A stretch of 64,000 nt of DNA from a virus. Position numbers and translations under genes: made by a program. The stretch covers positions 30,230 to 94,229 of the IMG/VR virus record IMGVR_UViG_3300046714_000236. The stretch is one strand, 5' to 3'. Each line of letters begins with the position of its first letter. The stretch's first letter is position 1. Positions 19,108 to 27,914 of this stretch are shown here, one piece after another. The notes under the pieces were generated by a model. The model was not told the DNA's origin, made no database searches, and saw nothing but the letters and a program-made list of their open reading frames with translations.

Positions 19108-19518
19108 TTAGTTTCCTACCGAGATGTTGCCGAACCCCTGCCCCGTGGTGAGCCGCTTGTCGAACGGGTTGCGGTTGCAGCCGAGGATGTTCGCGAGCGC
19201 GGCGACCCAGTAGTCGTAGCGCTTCACGAGCGCTTCCTGCTCGTCCTTCCGGATCGTGATGTCCCCGAGCGAGTCGACCGCGAGCAGCTCGAAGTCCTCC
19301 ACCATCTGCCCCTCGATCGTGTCGAGGATATTGAGCACCTGATAGAGCCGGGGCTGCCCCGACACGAGCACCTTGTTCATCGCGAGTTCGATCATGAACT
19401 GCGTCTGAACACCCGCAGGCGCACCGAGCACGAACGTCGCCGCTTCGGCGACTTCGAGGTACCCCATGTGATGACGAATCCTCGCCTTGTCTTCTTCGGG
19501 GATTTGCAGCAACGGCAT
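19108..19518 (-). CDS. head-tail adaptor
   Basis: Helical; KARIRHHMGY...YWVAALANILG; follows the capsid gene. Confidence 0.6.
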   Translation of the reverse strand: MPLLQIPEEDKARIRHHMGYLEVAEAATFVLGAPAGVQTQFMIELAMNKVLVSGQPRLYQVLNILDTIEGQMVEDFELLAVDSLGDITIRKDEQEALVKRYDYWVAALANILGCNRNPFDKRLTTGQGFGNISVGN

Positions 19519-19547
19519 GGGGTCCCCTTTCTACGGTTCGAGTCGGT

Positions 19548-19880
19548 TCAGCTCGGTGCGTCTTCGGGCGCTTGCTCGCCGAGATCTTCGAGCTTCACGC
19601 CTTGGCGCTTGAGCGCCTTAATGTCGTACGCCGTATCTGCGATCACCTTGCCGGCACGGAGCGTTGTTCGGTAGCCGTCCTGGCTGATCCCGCGATCTTC
19701 TTGCACGCGGTAGTAGTGCGGGTGTGGCGCGCCTTCGCGAACCTTCTCACCCTTACCACTCAGATCCGAGACCACCTTTCCGTCCTGCGATTGCAGGCGA
19801 GGAAGATCGAACTGCTTGGAATCTGCCGCGCCAATGGTGACGCTTTCGACGGCCTGTTGTGACGATGCACGCTGTCTCAT
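19548..19880 (-). CDS. hypothetical virion-associated protein
   Basis: SD GGAGG; directly after the capsid gene. Confidence 0.6.
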   Translation of the reverse strand: MRQRASSQQAVESVTIGAADSKQFDLPRLQSQDGKVVSDLSGKGEKVREGAPHPHYYRVQEDRGISQDGYRTTLRAGKVIADTAYDIKALKRQGVKLEDLGEQAPEDAPS

Positions 19881-19950
19881 GTGAGAACCTCCGCGCTCAG
19901 GCTAGCACGAGCGACCACGCGCCCGCGCCAGCCCTTGCGCAGAAGATCAC

Positions 19951-21354
19951 TCAGGAGCCGAGCGCGAACTCCAACATGAGCGACCGCTTCACGATCTGCG
20001 GGCCGCCCGAGCTGATGTCGGTCGGGATCGGGAAGCCACCCGTGTAGCTCCACGTGCACGACACGATGTCTTGCGTCCGGTTGACCGGGCTCCGAAGGAT
20101 CAGCGAGATGCGATCCGTCTTCACTTCGATCCCTTGGTTCGTGATGTTGAAGCCGCCGATCTTGCCGGTGACTCCCGCTTCACTCACGTAGCGCTTCTCG
20201 TCGAGCCAGCGCTCGTAGATCGCACCGCGCCCCGTGATGACGACGCGACCGACGCGAACGCCGGTGTAGTTCACCACCTCGGCGTTGATGCCCTTCGCGA
20301 ACTTCGCGCTGCCCGCCGTCGTGATGAGCGCGCCCGAGTTCGAGTCGTCCGGCGTCTCGTTGTTGAGGAAGAACGCGATCCCCGCGCCCGTCCCGATGAA
20401 CGCCGACTGATACTGAATCGAGTCGGGACGCCCTTGGTTCAGGCGCTGCATCACCTGATCGGTGAAGATCTGGCCGTTGCCCTCGGGGCTGATGTGCGCG
20501 TGAAAAAACCCGTCTTCGTGTGGGAACACGTTGTTTTGACGGAGCTTGTTCGTCGCGTTGATGAAGTCCTGGTACTGCAGGATGTCGTTCGCCTGCAGTG
20601 CATCGACTGACGTGCCGCCACCGGCGCGCATGATGATCGGGCGCGTGCTCGCGAGGACCGAGCTACGGATCGCCACGCCTGCGCCGACAGTGCTGTCGAG
20701 CGCGAGCGTACCGGGACCGAGCGGGACCGCGGGATCGTACGGCGTCGCGCCGATCACGTTCAGGCTGATCGGCGTGGTGCCGCTCATGAGCGTGATGGGG
20801 AGCGGTGCCGCCGTCGAGACGGGCGTCGGGCGCACGGTCGTACCGCGCGTGATGACGCTCGTGAACCCGTTGAGGCTCGCGACCTGAAGGAACGTGTCAC
20901 CCGTGAGCGCGGCGACGATGAGCGCCGTCGAGCCCTGAAGGTACGCGGTGCAGAGCGCGTTCCTCGGGATGCGGTTCAGCGACTGCCCCGCCTGAAGGCC
21001 GAGCTGCTGAATGCTCCGGAGGAAGATGTCGCTGTTCGCGACCGCGTTCGTCGGCATGTCGACGTCGATCGTGCCGATGTAGCGATCGAGGCGAGCAGTC
21101 CATTGCTCCCACGTGAGCGCTTGCGGCTCGGGGTCGACACCGGGCACCGCGGGATCCGTGATCGGATCGAGCAGGCCGGCGCGAGTCATGAGGATTTCCT
21201 GGCCGGTGTTGCCCTGCCACTCTTCCTCTTGCGCTTCGCCCCTGAAGAGCATCGCGGGGAAGAGCCCATCGTGGAACGCGCGCTCCAGTAGGCCAGTCTG
21301 AACGAGGTTCAGGATCGTCGGAGGTACTCCGAGAACGATGCCGTTGGTCTCCAT
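19951..21354 (-). CDS. major capsid protein (HK97 fold, with insertion)
   Basis: LGLQAGQSLN, KLRQNNV..GFFHAHISPE and PVNRTQDIVSCTW motifs; follows the scaffold. Confidence 0.85.
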   Translation of the reverse strand: METNGIVLGVPPTILNLVQTGLLERAFHDGLFPAMLFRGEAQEEEWQGNTGQEILMTRAGLLDPITDPAVPGVDPEPQALTWEQWTARLDRYIGTIDVDMPTNAVANSDIFLRSIQQLGLQAGQSLNRIPRNALCTAYLQGSTALIVAALTGDTFLQVASLNGFTSVITRGTTVRPTPVSTAAPLPITLMSGTTPISLNVIGATPYDPAVPLGPGTLALDSTVGAGVAIRSSVLASTRPIIMRAGGGTSVDALQANDILQYQDFINATNKLRQNNVFPHEDGFFHAHISPEGNGQIFTDQVMQRLNQGRPDSIQYQSAFIGTGAGIAFFLNNETPDDSNSGALITTAGSAKFAKGINAEVVNYTGVRVGRVVITGRGAIYERWLDEKRYVSEAGVTGKIGGFNITNQGIEVKTDRISLILRSPVNRTQDIVSCTWSYTGGFPIPTDISSGGPQIVKRSLMLEFALGS

Positions 21355-21503
21355 GTCGATTCACTCCCTGAGATTTGATCCGCGCCGGAATGGCGTCGGC
21401 TCGTGCGCGGCTCGTGACTCGGGGAGGACCACTTGTTTGGGACCGCGAGTGGACGCGGGAGTGAATCAACGGTTGCCGCTGTTGATCTGACTCCAGAAAC
21501 GTA
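21355..21503 (-). promoter_or_regulatory. capsid promoter (TGA-TACGTT) and structured 5' leader with anti-SD helix
   Basis: 21457-21470 is complementary to 21355-21368, which carries the SD; competing hairpin at 21465-21486. Confidence 0.55.
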
Positions 21504-21545
21504 TCAGGGCTCCGCACCCTGCACAAGGATCGCGGAACCCTGATG

Positions 21546-21565
21546 GACCGACATCGATGTCGGTC
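21546..21565. repeat. palindrome copy 5
   Basis: GACCGACATCGATGTCGGTC. Confidence 0.97.
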
Positions 21566-21572
21566 GGAGTCG

Positions 21573-22472
21573 CTACCAGCTTTTTTTCATGCCCTGGCGG
21601 TTCATGTACTCCTTCAGCTGCTTGTCGTTCATCGAGTTCGGGAGCCCGGGACGCGGCGTCAAACCCGCGAGCGGATCGGGCGCCGCGGGAGCGGCCGCAA
21701 CCTTCGGCGGGACCGGCTGCTTGCCGTTCGTCGCTGGCGTTCGCACGGGAGGCTTCGGCGCCGCCGCGGGAGCTGCAGCCGCGGGGGGAGCGGTGAGCTC
21801 AGCGGGAGGCGCGCCCGTCGGTGCCTCGACCAGTTCCTGATTCTCCTTCGCGTACTTCGCGAGCCACGCGTTGATCGCAGCGCGTCCGAACTTCCCTTGC
21901 TCCGTCTTCGTGAGCTTCGCGTAGTGCTGCGCCATCTGATCGTTCACGAACGGCACGAACTTCTCTTTGAACTTGTGCGATGCGACGAGCGCGCGCACCT
22001 CGGCGTTCTGCTTCTGCGCAAGCGTCTGCGTCTTCTGATCTTCGAGCTGTGCGGTGAGCTCTGCGATCTTCGTCGTCGCCTTCTGCAGATCGGCCTTCAG
22101 CTGATCGATCTCCGTCATCTCGGAGCGCTTGCGCGCTTCTGATTCCTCACGAAGGCGCGTGAGCTCTTCCGCGTCCGCTTGCCGCTTGACCCTGAGCTTC
22201 TCGACTTCCGCCGGATCGTCCGTGCCGAACTCGGCCTTCAGGAGTCGCTTGCGCTCTGCCTCGCGTTCCTTCCGCTTCACATCCGAGATCGCTTCTTCCG
22301 GCACGGGGCTACCGCCGCGACCGAGCACGGGCGCAACGGGTTCGACGGGAGCGGGCTCGATGGGTGGAGGCGCGGGAGGCGCGACCGCTACGGGCGCCGC
22401 AGGGGGCACGACGATCGCGGGAGGCGGCATCGGGGGAGCTGGGTTGACGGGTGCGACGGCAGGTTCTGTCAT
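21573..22472 (-). CDS. capsid scaffolding protein
   Basis: Pro/Ala-rich ends and a coiled-coil core (RSEMTEIDQLKADL); precedes the capsid gene. Confidence 0.8.
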   Translation of the reverse strand: MTEPAVAPVNPAPPMPPPAIVVPPAAPVAVAPPAPPPIEPAPVEPVAPVLGRGGSPVPEEAISDVKRKEREAERKRLLKAEFGTDDPAEVEKLRVKRQADAEELTRLREESEARKRSEMTEIDQLKADLQKATTKIAELTAQLEDQKTQTLAQKQNAEVRALVASHKFKEKFVPFVNDQMAQHYAKLTKTEQGKFGRAAINAWLAKYAKENQELVEAPTGAPPAELTAPPAAAAPAAAPKPPVRTPATNGKQPVPPKVAAAPAAPDPLAGLTPRPGLPNSMNDKQLKEYMNRQGMKKSW

Positions 22473-22491
22473 GAATTGGTTCTCCTACTAA

Positions 22492-22534
22492 ATGCGAAAA
22501 GGGCGCCGCCCGGGATCTTCCGAGCGACGCCCTT
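22492..22534 (-). terminator. possible intrinsic terminator
   Basis: AGGGCGTCGCTCGG-loop-CCGGGCGGCGCCCT followed by TTTCGCATTT. Confidence 0.4.
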
Positions 22535-22554
22535 CGGCGTTCACGCGAGCTCGG

Positions 22555-23235
22555 TTAGAGCAGCGTGCGATCTGCGGAAAGGATCGTGTTCAGATCCTTG
22601 TCCGTCGCGATGAGGAGCGTGAGCGTCGCGCGCGTCACGGCATCGGCCACCGCGAAGAGCACCTTGTCGTGCGCCACTTTGAGAAGCGCCTTCCCCGTTG
22701 CCGGCTTGCTGTCCGACGGCAGGAGGATGTGCATCTGCCCCGTGAGCGTTCCGACGAGTGACTCGGCTGCGAGCAGGTACACGACGCCGCGCGCCGTGAG
22801 TGCGGCCGGAATGTCGAACGTGTCCGCCGTGCCCGAGACGTTGAGCGTGAGCTCCACGACATCGCCGCGCGCGGGCAGGAACGTCACATCCACGTCCGTG
22901 GTGTCCGCCGTGGGCGCGAACATGAGATCGCCGTTCGGGCTGATCCCGATGTGACCCGCCGCCGGTGCGGTCTCGGTGTAGCCGTCGATCGTGAACTCGC
23001 CCTTCGTGGTTCCCGCGCGGCTCGTCGCGCGGCTGATCACCGCGGCCTTGCCGGTGTTCGGGAGCGAGATCATCTCACTCGACGCGATGCCAGGCGCGGC
23101 CGATGCGACCGGGTTCTGCTTGCGCAGCACCTGCACCATCTGCCCGCGAAGCAGATCACCGAGCCCGAGCTTGCGGAAAAGGTCCGCGATCGATCCGAGG
23201 TTTGCGGCGTTCGCCGCGTCTTGCTGTGTTCCCAT
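22555..23235 (-). CDS. probable virion structural (decoration-like) protein
   Basis: A/T/G-rich, beta-rich; in the head module. Confidence 0.55.
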   Translation of the reverse strand: MGTQQDAANAANLGSIADLFRKLGLGDLLRGQMVQVLRKQNPVASAAPGIASSEMISLPNTGKAAVISRATSRAGTTKGEFTIDGYTETAPAAGHIGISPNGDLMFAPTADTTDVDVTFLPARGDVVELTLNVSGTADTFDIPAALTARGVVYLLAAESLVGTLTGQMHILLPSDSKPATGKALLKVAHDKVLFAVADAVTRATLTLLIATDKDLNTILSADRTLL

Positions 23236-23333
23236 TTGTTCGATTCTCTTTTCTCCGTGCGGCCCTTTCGGGTCCGCCCGGGTCGCTCCGACAGATCGAA
23301 ACCCCCTGTCGGGACGGGGCTAGTGCGCGAAAC

Positions 23334-23753
23334 TCAGATGAGCCCGCACACGAAGTATTCGAGCACGCCCGATCCCTTGGCCGCCAGTGCCTTCAGGAAC
23401 TTCCCCGACTGGAACGGGATGATAAGGGGGCCGCCGTTGATCGGGATCTCCGCTTCGACGTCTCCGCCGTTGCCGTCGTCCGTCGTGACACGCACGATCA
23501 CGTCGGACCCTGATTTGAAGTACAGGAACGATCCGTGTGTGACCGTGTCATCGGCACCCACACCCTGCAGCTCAGCGAACGCGCTCGGGGAGTTCAGCGT
23601 TCGTTGAAGGATCCCCGTTGCGACGCTGTAACCGATGCCCTCCGAGCCTTGCAGGAAGGTGAGGGGGATCGTCGCGCGGATGCCAGGGAAGCCCGTGTTG
23701 ACGCCCTGAGGGGGCCCCGCGGTGAGGTTCCCCCCGATCGTGAGCTGCCCCAT
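23334..23753 (-). CDS. probable virion structural protein
   Basis: Beta-sandwich-like composition; in the head module. Confidence 0.55.
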   Translation of the reverse strand: MGQLTIGGNLTAGPPQGVNTGFPGIRATIPLTFLQGSEGIGYSVATGILQRTLNSPSAFAELQGVGADDTVTHGSFLYFKSGSDVIVRVTTDDGNGGDVEAEIPINGGPLIIPFQSGKFLKALAAKGSGVLEYFVCGLI

Positions 23754-23759
23754 TGGAGA

Positions 23760-24026
23760 TCAGCCCCCGCCGAGCTTGAACGGCTTCTGCCCATTGCTGA
23801 GCGAGCCGACACCGACGAAGCCCGACTTCTGCTCACCCGCGCCCGGGGTGACTTCCTCGACGACGGGCCGCATGGCGGGAGAGCTGTTCGGCATCTCCTG
23901 CTTGGCCGTCTGCGGGTTCTGCTGCCGATTGAAGTCCGGCGCGGGGGACCGCGAGACTTCGCGCTTCCCTTCCGGGTTCGTCACCGCGTTGAAGCCCTTG
24001 CCCGAACCGTCGCTGTTGATGTCCAT
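23760..24026 (-). CDS. hypothetical disordered protein
   Basis: SD AGGAG; ends KPFKLGGG. Confidence 0.55.
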   Translation of the reverse strand: MDINSDGSGKGFNAVTNPEGKREVSRSPAPDFNRQQNPQTAKQEMPNSSPAMRPVVEEVTPGAGEQKSGFVGVGSLSNGQKPFKLGGG

Positions 24027-24039
24027 GGATCGACTCCTA

Positions 24040-24264
24040 TCAGAACTTGAACGGCTTGCCGCCGCTTTCGATTGCAGGGCCCGCGGGGGGCCACGGCTTT
24101 TGCTGCTGCGCGATCTGCGCGCTGCACTGCCCGATCGTCGGCACCCACTTCGGGCGCGCTAGATCGGGGCGCCGCTCGTCGAGCGGGTTCGGAGGCGTTG
24201 CACCGCTCCGCGCTTCGCGGTTCGGGTCTGCGGGGGAGCTCCCGATGGTGAACGGCTTCGGCAT
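24040..24264 (-). CDS. hypothetical Pro-rich protein
   Basis: TGA-TACCTT-N7-ATG upstream; ends KPFKF. Confidence 0.55.
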   Translation of the reverse strand: MPKPFTIGSSPADPNREARSGATPPNPLDERRPDLARPKWVPTIGQCSAQIAQQQKPWPPAGPAIESGGKPFKF

Positions 24265-24303
24265 GCCCCTGAAGGTATCAGGGCGCTTTCAGAGCGGCAA
24301 GCC

Positions 24304-24323
24304 GACCGACATCGATGTCGGTC
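24304..24323. repeat. palindrome copy 6
   Basis: GACCGACATCGATGTCGGTC, abutting the stop at 24324. Confidence 0.97.
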
Positions 24324-24671
24324 CTACTTCGGCCAGGCCGGGTGCAGCTTCGGCTCCTGCAGCTCGTACAGGGTCGACCAGACGTCGGAGTACAGATGCG
24401 CGCGCGGGCGGTCCTTCTCGGCGATCCGGCTCTTGAAGTTGTCGTAGTCGATCGCTCCTGTGATGCGAAGCATCGCAGCGGCCACGACCGACTTCGAGCA
24501 AACCACCCGAAACCGATAGTCGGCATCGAGCGTTTCGCGGATCCGAATGCGCGAGCGCGCGTGTTCGAGAAACTGCTTCAAGTCTTCGCGGCGCCGTGCG
24601 CGCACGCAGAGATCCACCGAGCCGCGCTTCTGCACGATGCTCACGAAACCGCCGTCGAAAAGGATCCACAT
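24324..24671 (-). CDS. hypothetical protein (MWILFDGGFVSIV...DYRFR...IDYDNFK)
   Basis: TGATG-coupled to the upstream gene; globular-looking. Confidence 0.65.
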   Translation of the reverse strand: MWILFDGGFVSIVQKRGSVDLCVRARRREDLKQFLEHARSRIRIRETLDADYRFRVVCSKSVVAAAMLRITGAIDYDNFKSRIAEKDRPRAHLYSDVWSTLYELQEPKLHPAWPK

Positions 24672-24889
24672 CAGCGATCGATCTCGGTCCCGAGGCCCGC
24701 GCCGTCGTCGTTCATCTGCCCCCACCATGCCTTGTGCCCCGTGTTCAGGATGCACCGGTACTTGTCCCGCTCGGGAGCCGGGAGCTGTTCCATGTGCGCG
24801 CGGATCGCCGCGATGCCGTGGATCTCCTGCCCACTCGGGCCGATCACCGTCACGATGTTTTCGGGCACGTGAAACTCCAGATCGGGCAT
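24671..24889 (-). CDS. hypothetical protein
   Basis: CATCCT 6 nt upstream. Confidence 0.55.
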   Translation of the reverse strand: MPDLEFHVPENIVTVIGPSGQEIHGIAAIRAHMEQLPAPERDKYRCILNTGHKAWWGQMNDDGAGLGTEIDR

Positions 24890-24908
24890 GTCGTGAGGAT
24901 GCCGCGCT

Positions 24909-27902
24909 TCACCAATTGCCCAGCTTCTTCACGTACCCCCACGTCGCGGGCGGCCCGTACTTCTTCGCGTCTTCGTTCCACGTCGCGATCTGCGCCTTGG
25001 CTTCGTCGAGCGAGTCGGTGTGCATCCAGGTTCCCACCTGCTCGACGCCGTTCTTCGTGTAGAAGTAGCGCGCCGTCTTCTTCGGCTTCTTCGGCTTCGT
25101 CTCTGCAGACGTAGCCTCGACAGACTTCGGACGCGGGCCACGTCCGAAGTAGAGCGCCGATTCACCCGTCCCGTGTCCGCTCTCGACTTCTTCGAGCGTC
25201 ACGTGCAGCGTTTTGGTTCGCCCCTGCAGCCGGTGCACTTCGACGATCCGAAACTTCCGCCCTTCATCGAGCAGAACTTCATCCTCGCCATAGTTGCTCG
25301 ACTTCTGATTCACCGCGAGCCGTCCCTCGTGTTGCCCGGGTCTCATCTTGTAATGCCAGAGGATCGCATTCTGCCCCTTCGATCCGTTCTCGTGCGCGAA
25401 GCTCAGCGCGGAGCTCGGGCGCCACGACGTGCTCAACACCGACGGCAACGTGTGATGAGTGCTGTTCAACACCTCGTGAATCTGCGCGTCGGTGATCCCG
25501 TGATCACCGCGATACAGATCCGAGAACTTCGCCTCCAATTGCAGATCGTGTGCTGGTGCTAGCGGGTGCGCTTTCTCCACCGCACTCGCAGCGTCTTTGA
25601 AGCCCGCGCGCAGCGATTCGTATTCTTCCTTCCGCCGCTTGTAGAGCCCCTTGTCGTACGACGATCCATAACTGCTCTCGTTGAACTCCTTCTCCGTCTT
25701 CCGCTTCGTCGAGAGCAGCGAGTGATAGCCGCTGCCCGTGTAGTCCTTCATGACCAACATCTGATCCGGGTGCGCTTGCTCCCACGCCGCGAGCTTCCGC
25801 ATCTCCATGAAGTTGAAGTCGGACCGCGACGTGAACCCCGCGGGCTCGTTGCGATCACGATCGAGCGGCTTCGTTTCGAGCTCCGAAAACTTTCGCTCGT
25901 TCGCCGCGCCCTTCGCCGCTTTCTTCACCCGCGCCTTCACGAGCGTCTTCAGCTTCTCACTCAAAAGATCCGTCTTCTGATTGAGCATCTTCACCGTCTG
26001 CGCGTGATCGGCAGGTGAGAGCCCGGGCGCGTTGTGCTTCACGTACGCGTCCCACCCACCGCCATCGAGATCGCGGAGTTTCTTGATCGCTTTGATCTGC
26101 GCCGCGAGCCCCGTGATGTCTTCCGCTTTCGAGACGCCCGCTTCCTTCGCGACTCGCGCGTAATCCTTGTTCAGATCCGGATTGAAGAACCCTTCCCACT
26201 CGCTGATCCCCTCCATCTGCCCGAGCGTCTTTCGTCCCGCCTTCGCGCGGAAAAGGAACACGCCGCCCTTGTCGATGCGTTCCGCGCTGTGCCCCGCGCT
26301 TCCCTTCGGGATCAGAATGTTGTCGAGCCCCGAGCCCACCGCATCCCAGTTCGCGGTCAGCACGTCGGCCGCAAACCCTTTCATCACCGTCTTCGCAGCC
26401 GTCGGCGTGAGCCCCGCCGTCTTCAGCGGTTCGCCCTCGATGATCTTGCTCGCGTACGCCGTGACCTTGTCGCCCGTCTTCGGGTGCGTCGCCGTGAACA
26501 GTTCGCTCTTCACCGTGCCGAGCCCGAGATCGTCGTAGATCACATTGGCGAGATGTTCGAGCTGCGCCTGCGCCGGGTCATCGTAGAACTTCACGTAGCG
26601 ATCCACGCCGTCGGCGCCCTTGTAGAGCCCGCCTTCGTTCGAGCCCGCTTGTCCGCCGATCTTCTCGGCCATGATCACGTCCGCGCGCGGCACTTCCGGC
26701 GCGACAATCTGCGGAGGTGGCGTCGGTTCGAGCACGATCGGGGAAGCGTGCACGTGCTCAGGAGGCGGGAGCGGCCACGGTTGCCCGACCGGAGGCGGGA
26801 GCGCCGCGAGATCGGGAGGTGGCGCGGGAGGTTGTGCCCCGAGCGTGTCACCGATCAAGATCGTCGTCGGCTGCTTCACGATCTTCAGCGGCTGCACCTT
26901 GCCGAACTGATCGAGCGGTACCGTCGTCATGAGCGGTCGCGCCGGGGGCGATCCCTTCCGCCCTTCGAGCCGCCAACGAACGAGCACCTCGGCATCGGAC
27001 CGCGGCGTGAGTGACTCGGGGATCGGCCAGCTGATCCGATGAGGAACGACGACGGCACGATCGTTCGGGCGATCGGGAGGGTGCATCACCGAGCCGAACC
27101 ACGTCGCGAACATTTGCTCGGGGCGTCGGATCTCGCCGTGCACCGCGATCGAGTCCGCGCCCGTCCTGCTGTCGAACACGCAGGACAAGATCTTCACCAT
27201 GTCCCCGAGCTGCGCGTTCGCTTGGCTGATCGCGATCTCCGAACTCTTCCCGTGCGCCGCCATCACTTCGGTTCGGAGGATCCGTTCAGCCCAGTGCGCG
27301 GGAGCTCCCTGAAGAAACGGGGAAGCTTTGATCAACCGATCACGGGTTTCGTCCCATGGGGTTTGCGCGAGGAACCGCTGTTGAAGCGTGCCCTCGAAGT
27401 GTTCGACAACCTGCGCGCCGTAGCGCTGCAGGATCCCCGGCCCCTTCTTCTCATCGTATTGCAGCCGGTGCAGGAGACTCGACTCCGCGCCGTGCGTCGC
27501 GCGGTCGTAGAGCGCGGCTTCGTCGAGCTGCAGCGGTTGGTGGATCCCCTTGAACTTCGCTTGCGTGGCTCGCAGGTATTCGATCGTGCTCCCCGCGGCG
27601 AGTCCGGCCGTCTGCTTGCCGGTTTCGAGCGCCGTGCTTGTGATGCCCGCCTTCACGTCGACGAGCACCGCGCGCACTTGAGTGAGCACGCTCTGCAACT
27701 TCGCAGCGGTGAAACTCTCGGAGCCCGGGCCCTTCAAGCCCTGCGCGTGCGTGAGACGTTCGACGAGATCTTTCTCGGCGCGCTTCAGGATCGGGAGCAT
27801 CCGATCGCGCGTGAGCTTCTCCGCGAGCTCGATCGCCTTCGCGCGATTCGAGGCGAGGATCGCCGCGGGACCCTGGCCCGTGATGAGTGCAGGGACCGCC
27901 AC
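24909..27902 (-). CDS. MuF/SPP1-gp7-like head morphogenesis protein fused to a PI3K/HipA-like kinase domain and an ADP-ribosyltransferase
   Basis: MuF: AERILRTE...DSRT...HPPDRPNDR. Kinase-like: GSNEGG..YVK..E..A..NWD...DN..ID. ART: YRG...STS...EDE. Confidence 0.8.
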   Translation of the reverse strand: MAVPALITGQGPAAILASNRAKAIELAEKLTRDRMLPILKRAEKDLVERLTHAQGLKGPGSESFTAAKLQSVLTQVRAVLVDVKAGITSTALETGKQTAGLAAGSTIEYLRATQAKFKGIHQPLQLDEAALYDRATHGAESSLLHRLQYDEKKGPGILQRYGAQVVEHFEGTLQQRFLAQTPWDETRDRLIKASPFLQGAPAHWAERILRTEVMAAHGKSSEIAISQANAQLGDMVKILSCVFDSRTGADSIAVHGEIRRPEQMFATWFGSVMHPPDRPNDRAVVVPHRISWPIPESLTPRSDAEVLVRWRLEGRKGSPPARPLMTTVPLDQFGKVQPLKIVKQPTTILIGDTLGAQPPAPPPDLAALPPPVGQPWPLPPPEHVHASPIVLEPTPPPQIVAPEVPRADVIMAEKIGGQAGSNEGGLYKGADGVDRYVKFYDDPAQAQLEHLANVIYDDLGLGTVKSELFTATHPKTGDKVTAYASKIIEGEPLKTAGLTPTAAKTVMKGFAADVLTANWDAVGSGLDNILIPKGSAGHSAERIDKGGVFLFRAKAGRKTLGQMEGISEWEGFFNPDLNKDYARVAKEAGVSKAEDITGLAAQIKAIKKLRDLDGGGWDAYVKHNAPGLSPADHAQTVKMLNQKTDLLSEKLKTLVKARVKKAAKGAANERKFSELETKPLDRDRNEPAGFTSRSDFNFMEMRKLAAWEQAHPDQMLVMKDYTGSGYHSLLSTKRKTEKEFNESSYGSSYDKGLYKRRKEEYESLRAGFKDAASAVEKAHPLAPAHDLQLEAKFSDLYRGDHGITDAQIHEVLNSTHHTLPSVLSTSWRPSSALSFAHENGSKGQNAILWHYKMRPGQHEGRLAVNQKSSNYGEDEVLLDEGRKFRIVEVHRLQGRTKTLHVTLEEVESGHGTGESALYFGRGPRPKSVEATSAETKPKKPKKTARYFYTKNGVEQVGTWMHTDSLDEAKAQIATWNEDAKKYGPPATWGYVKKLGNW

Positions 27903-27914
27903 GATCGATCTCTA

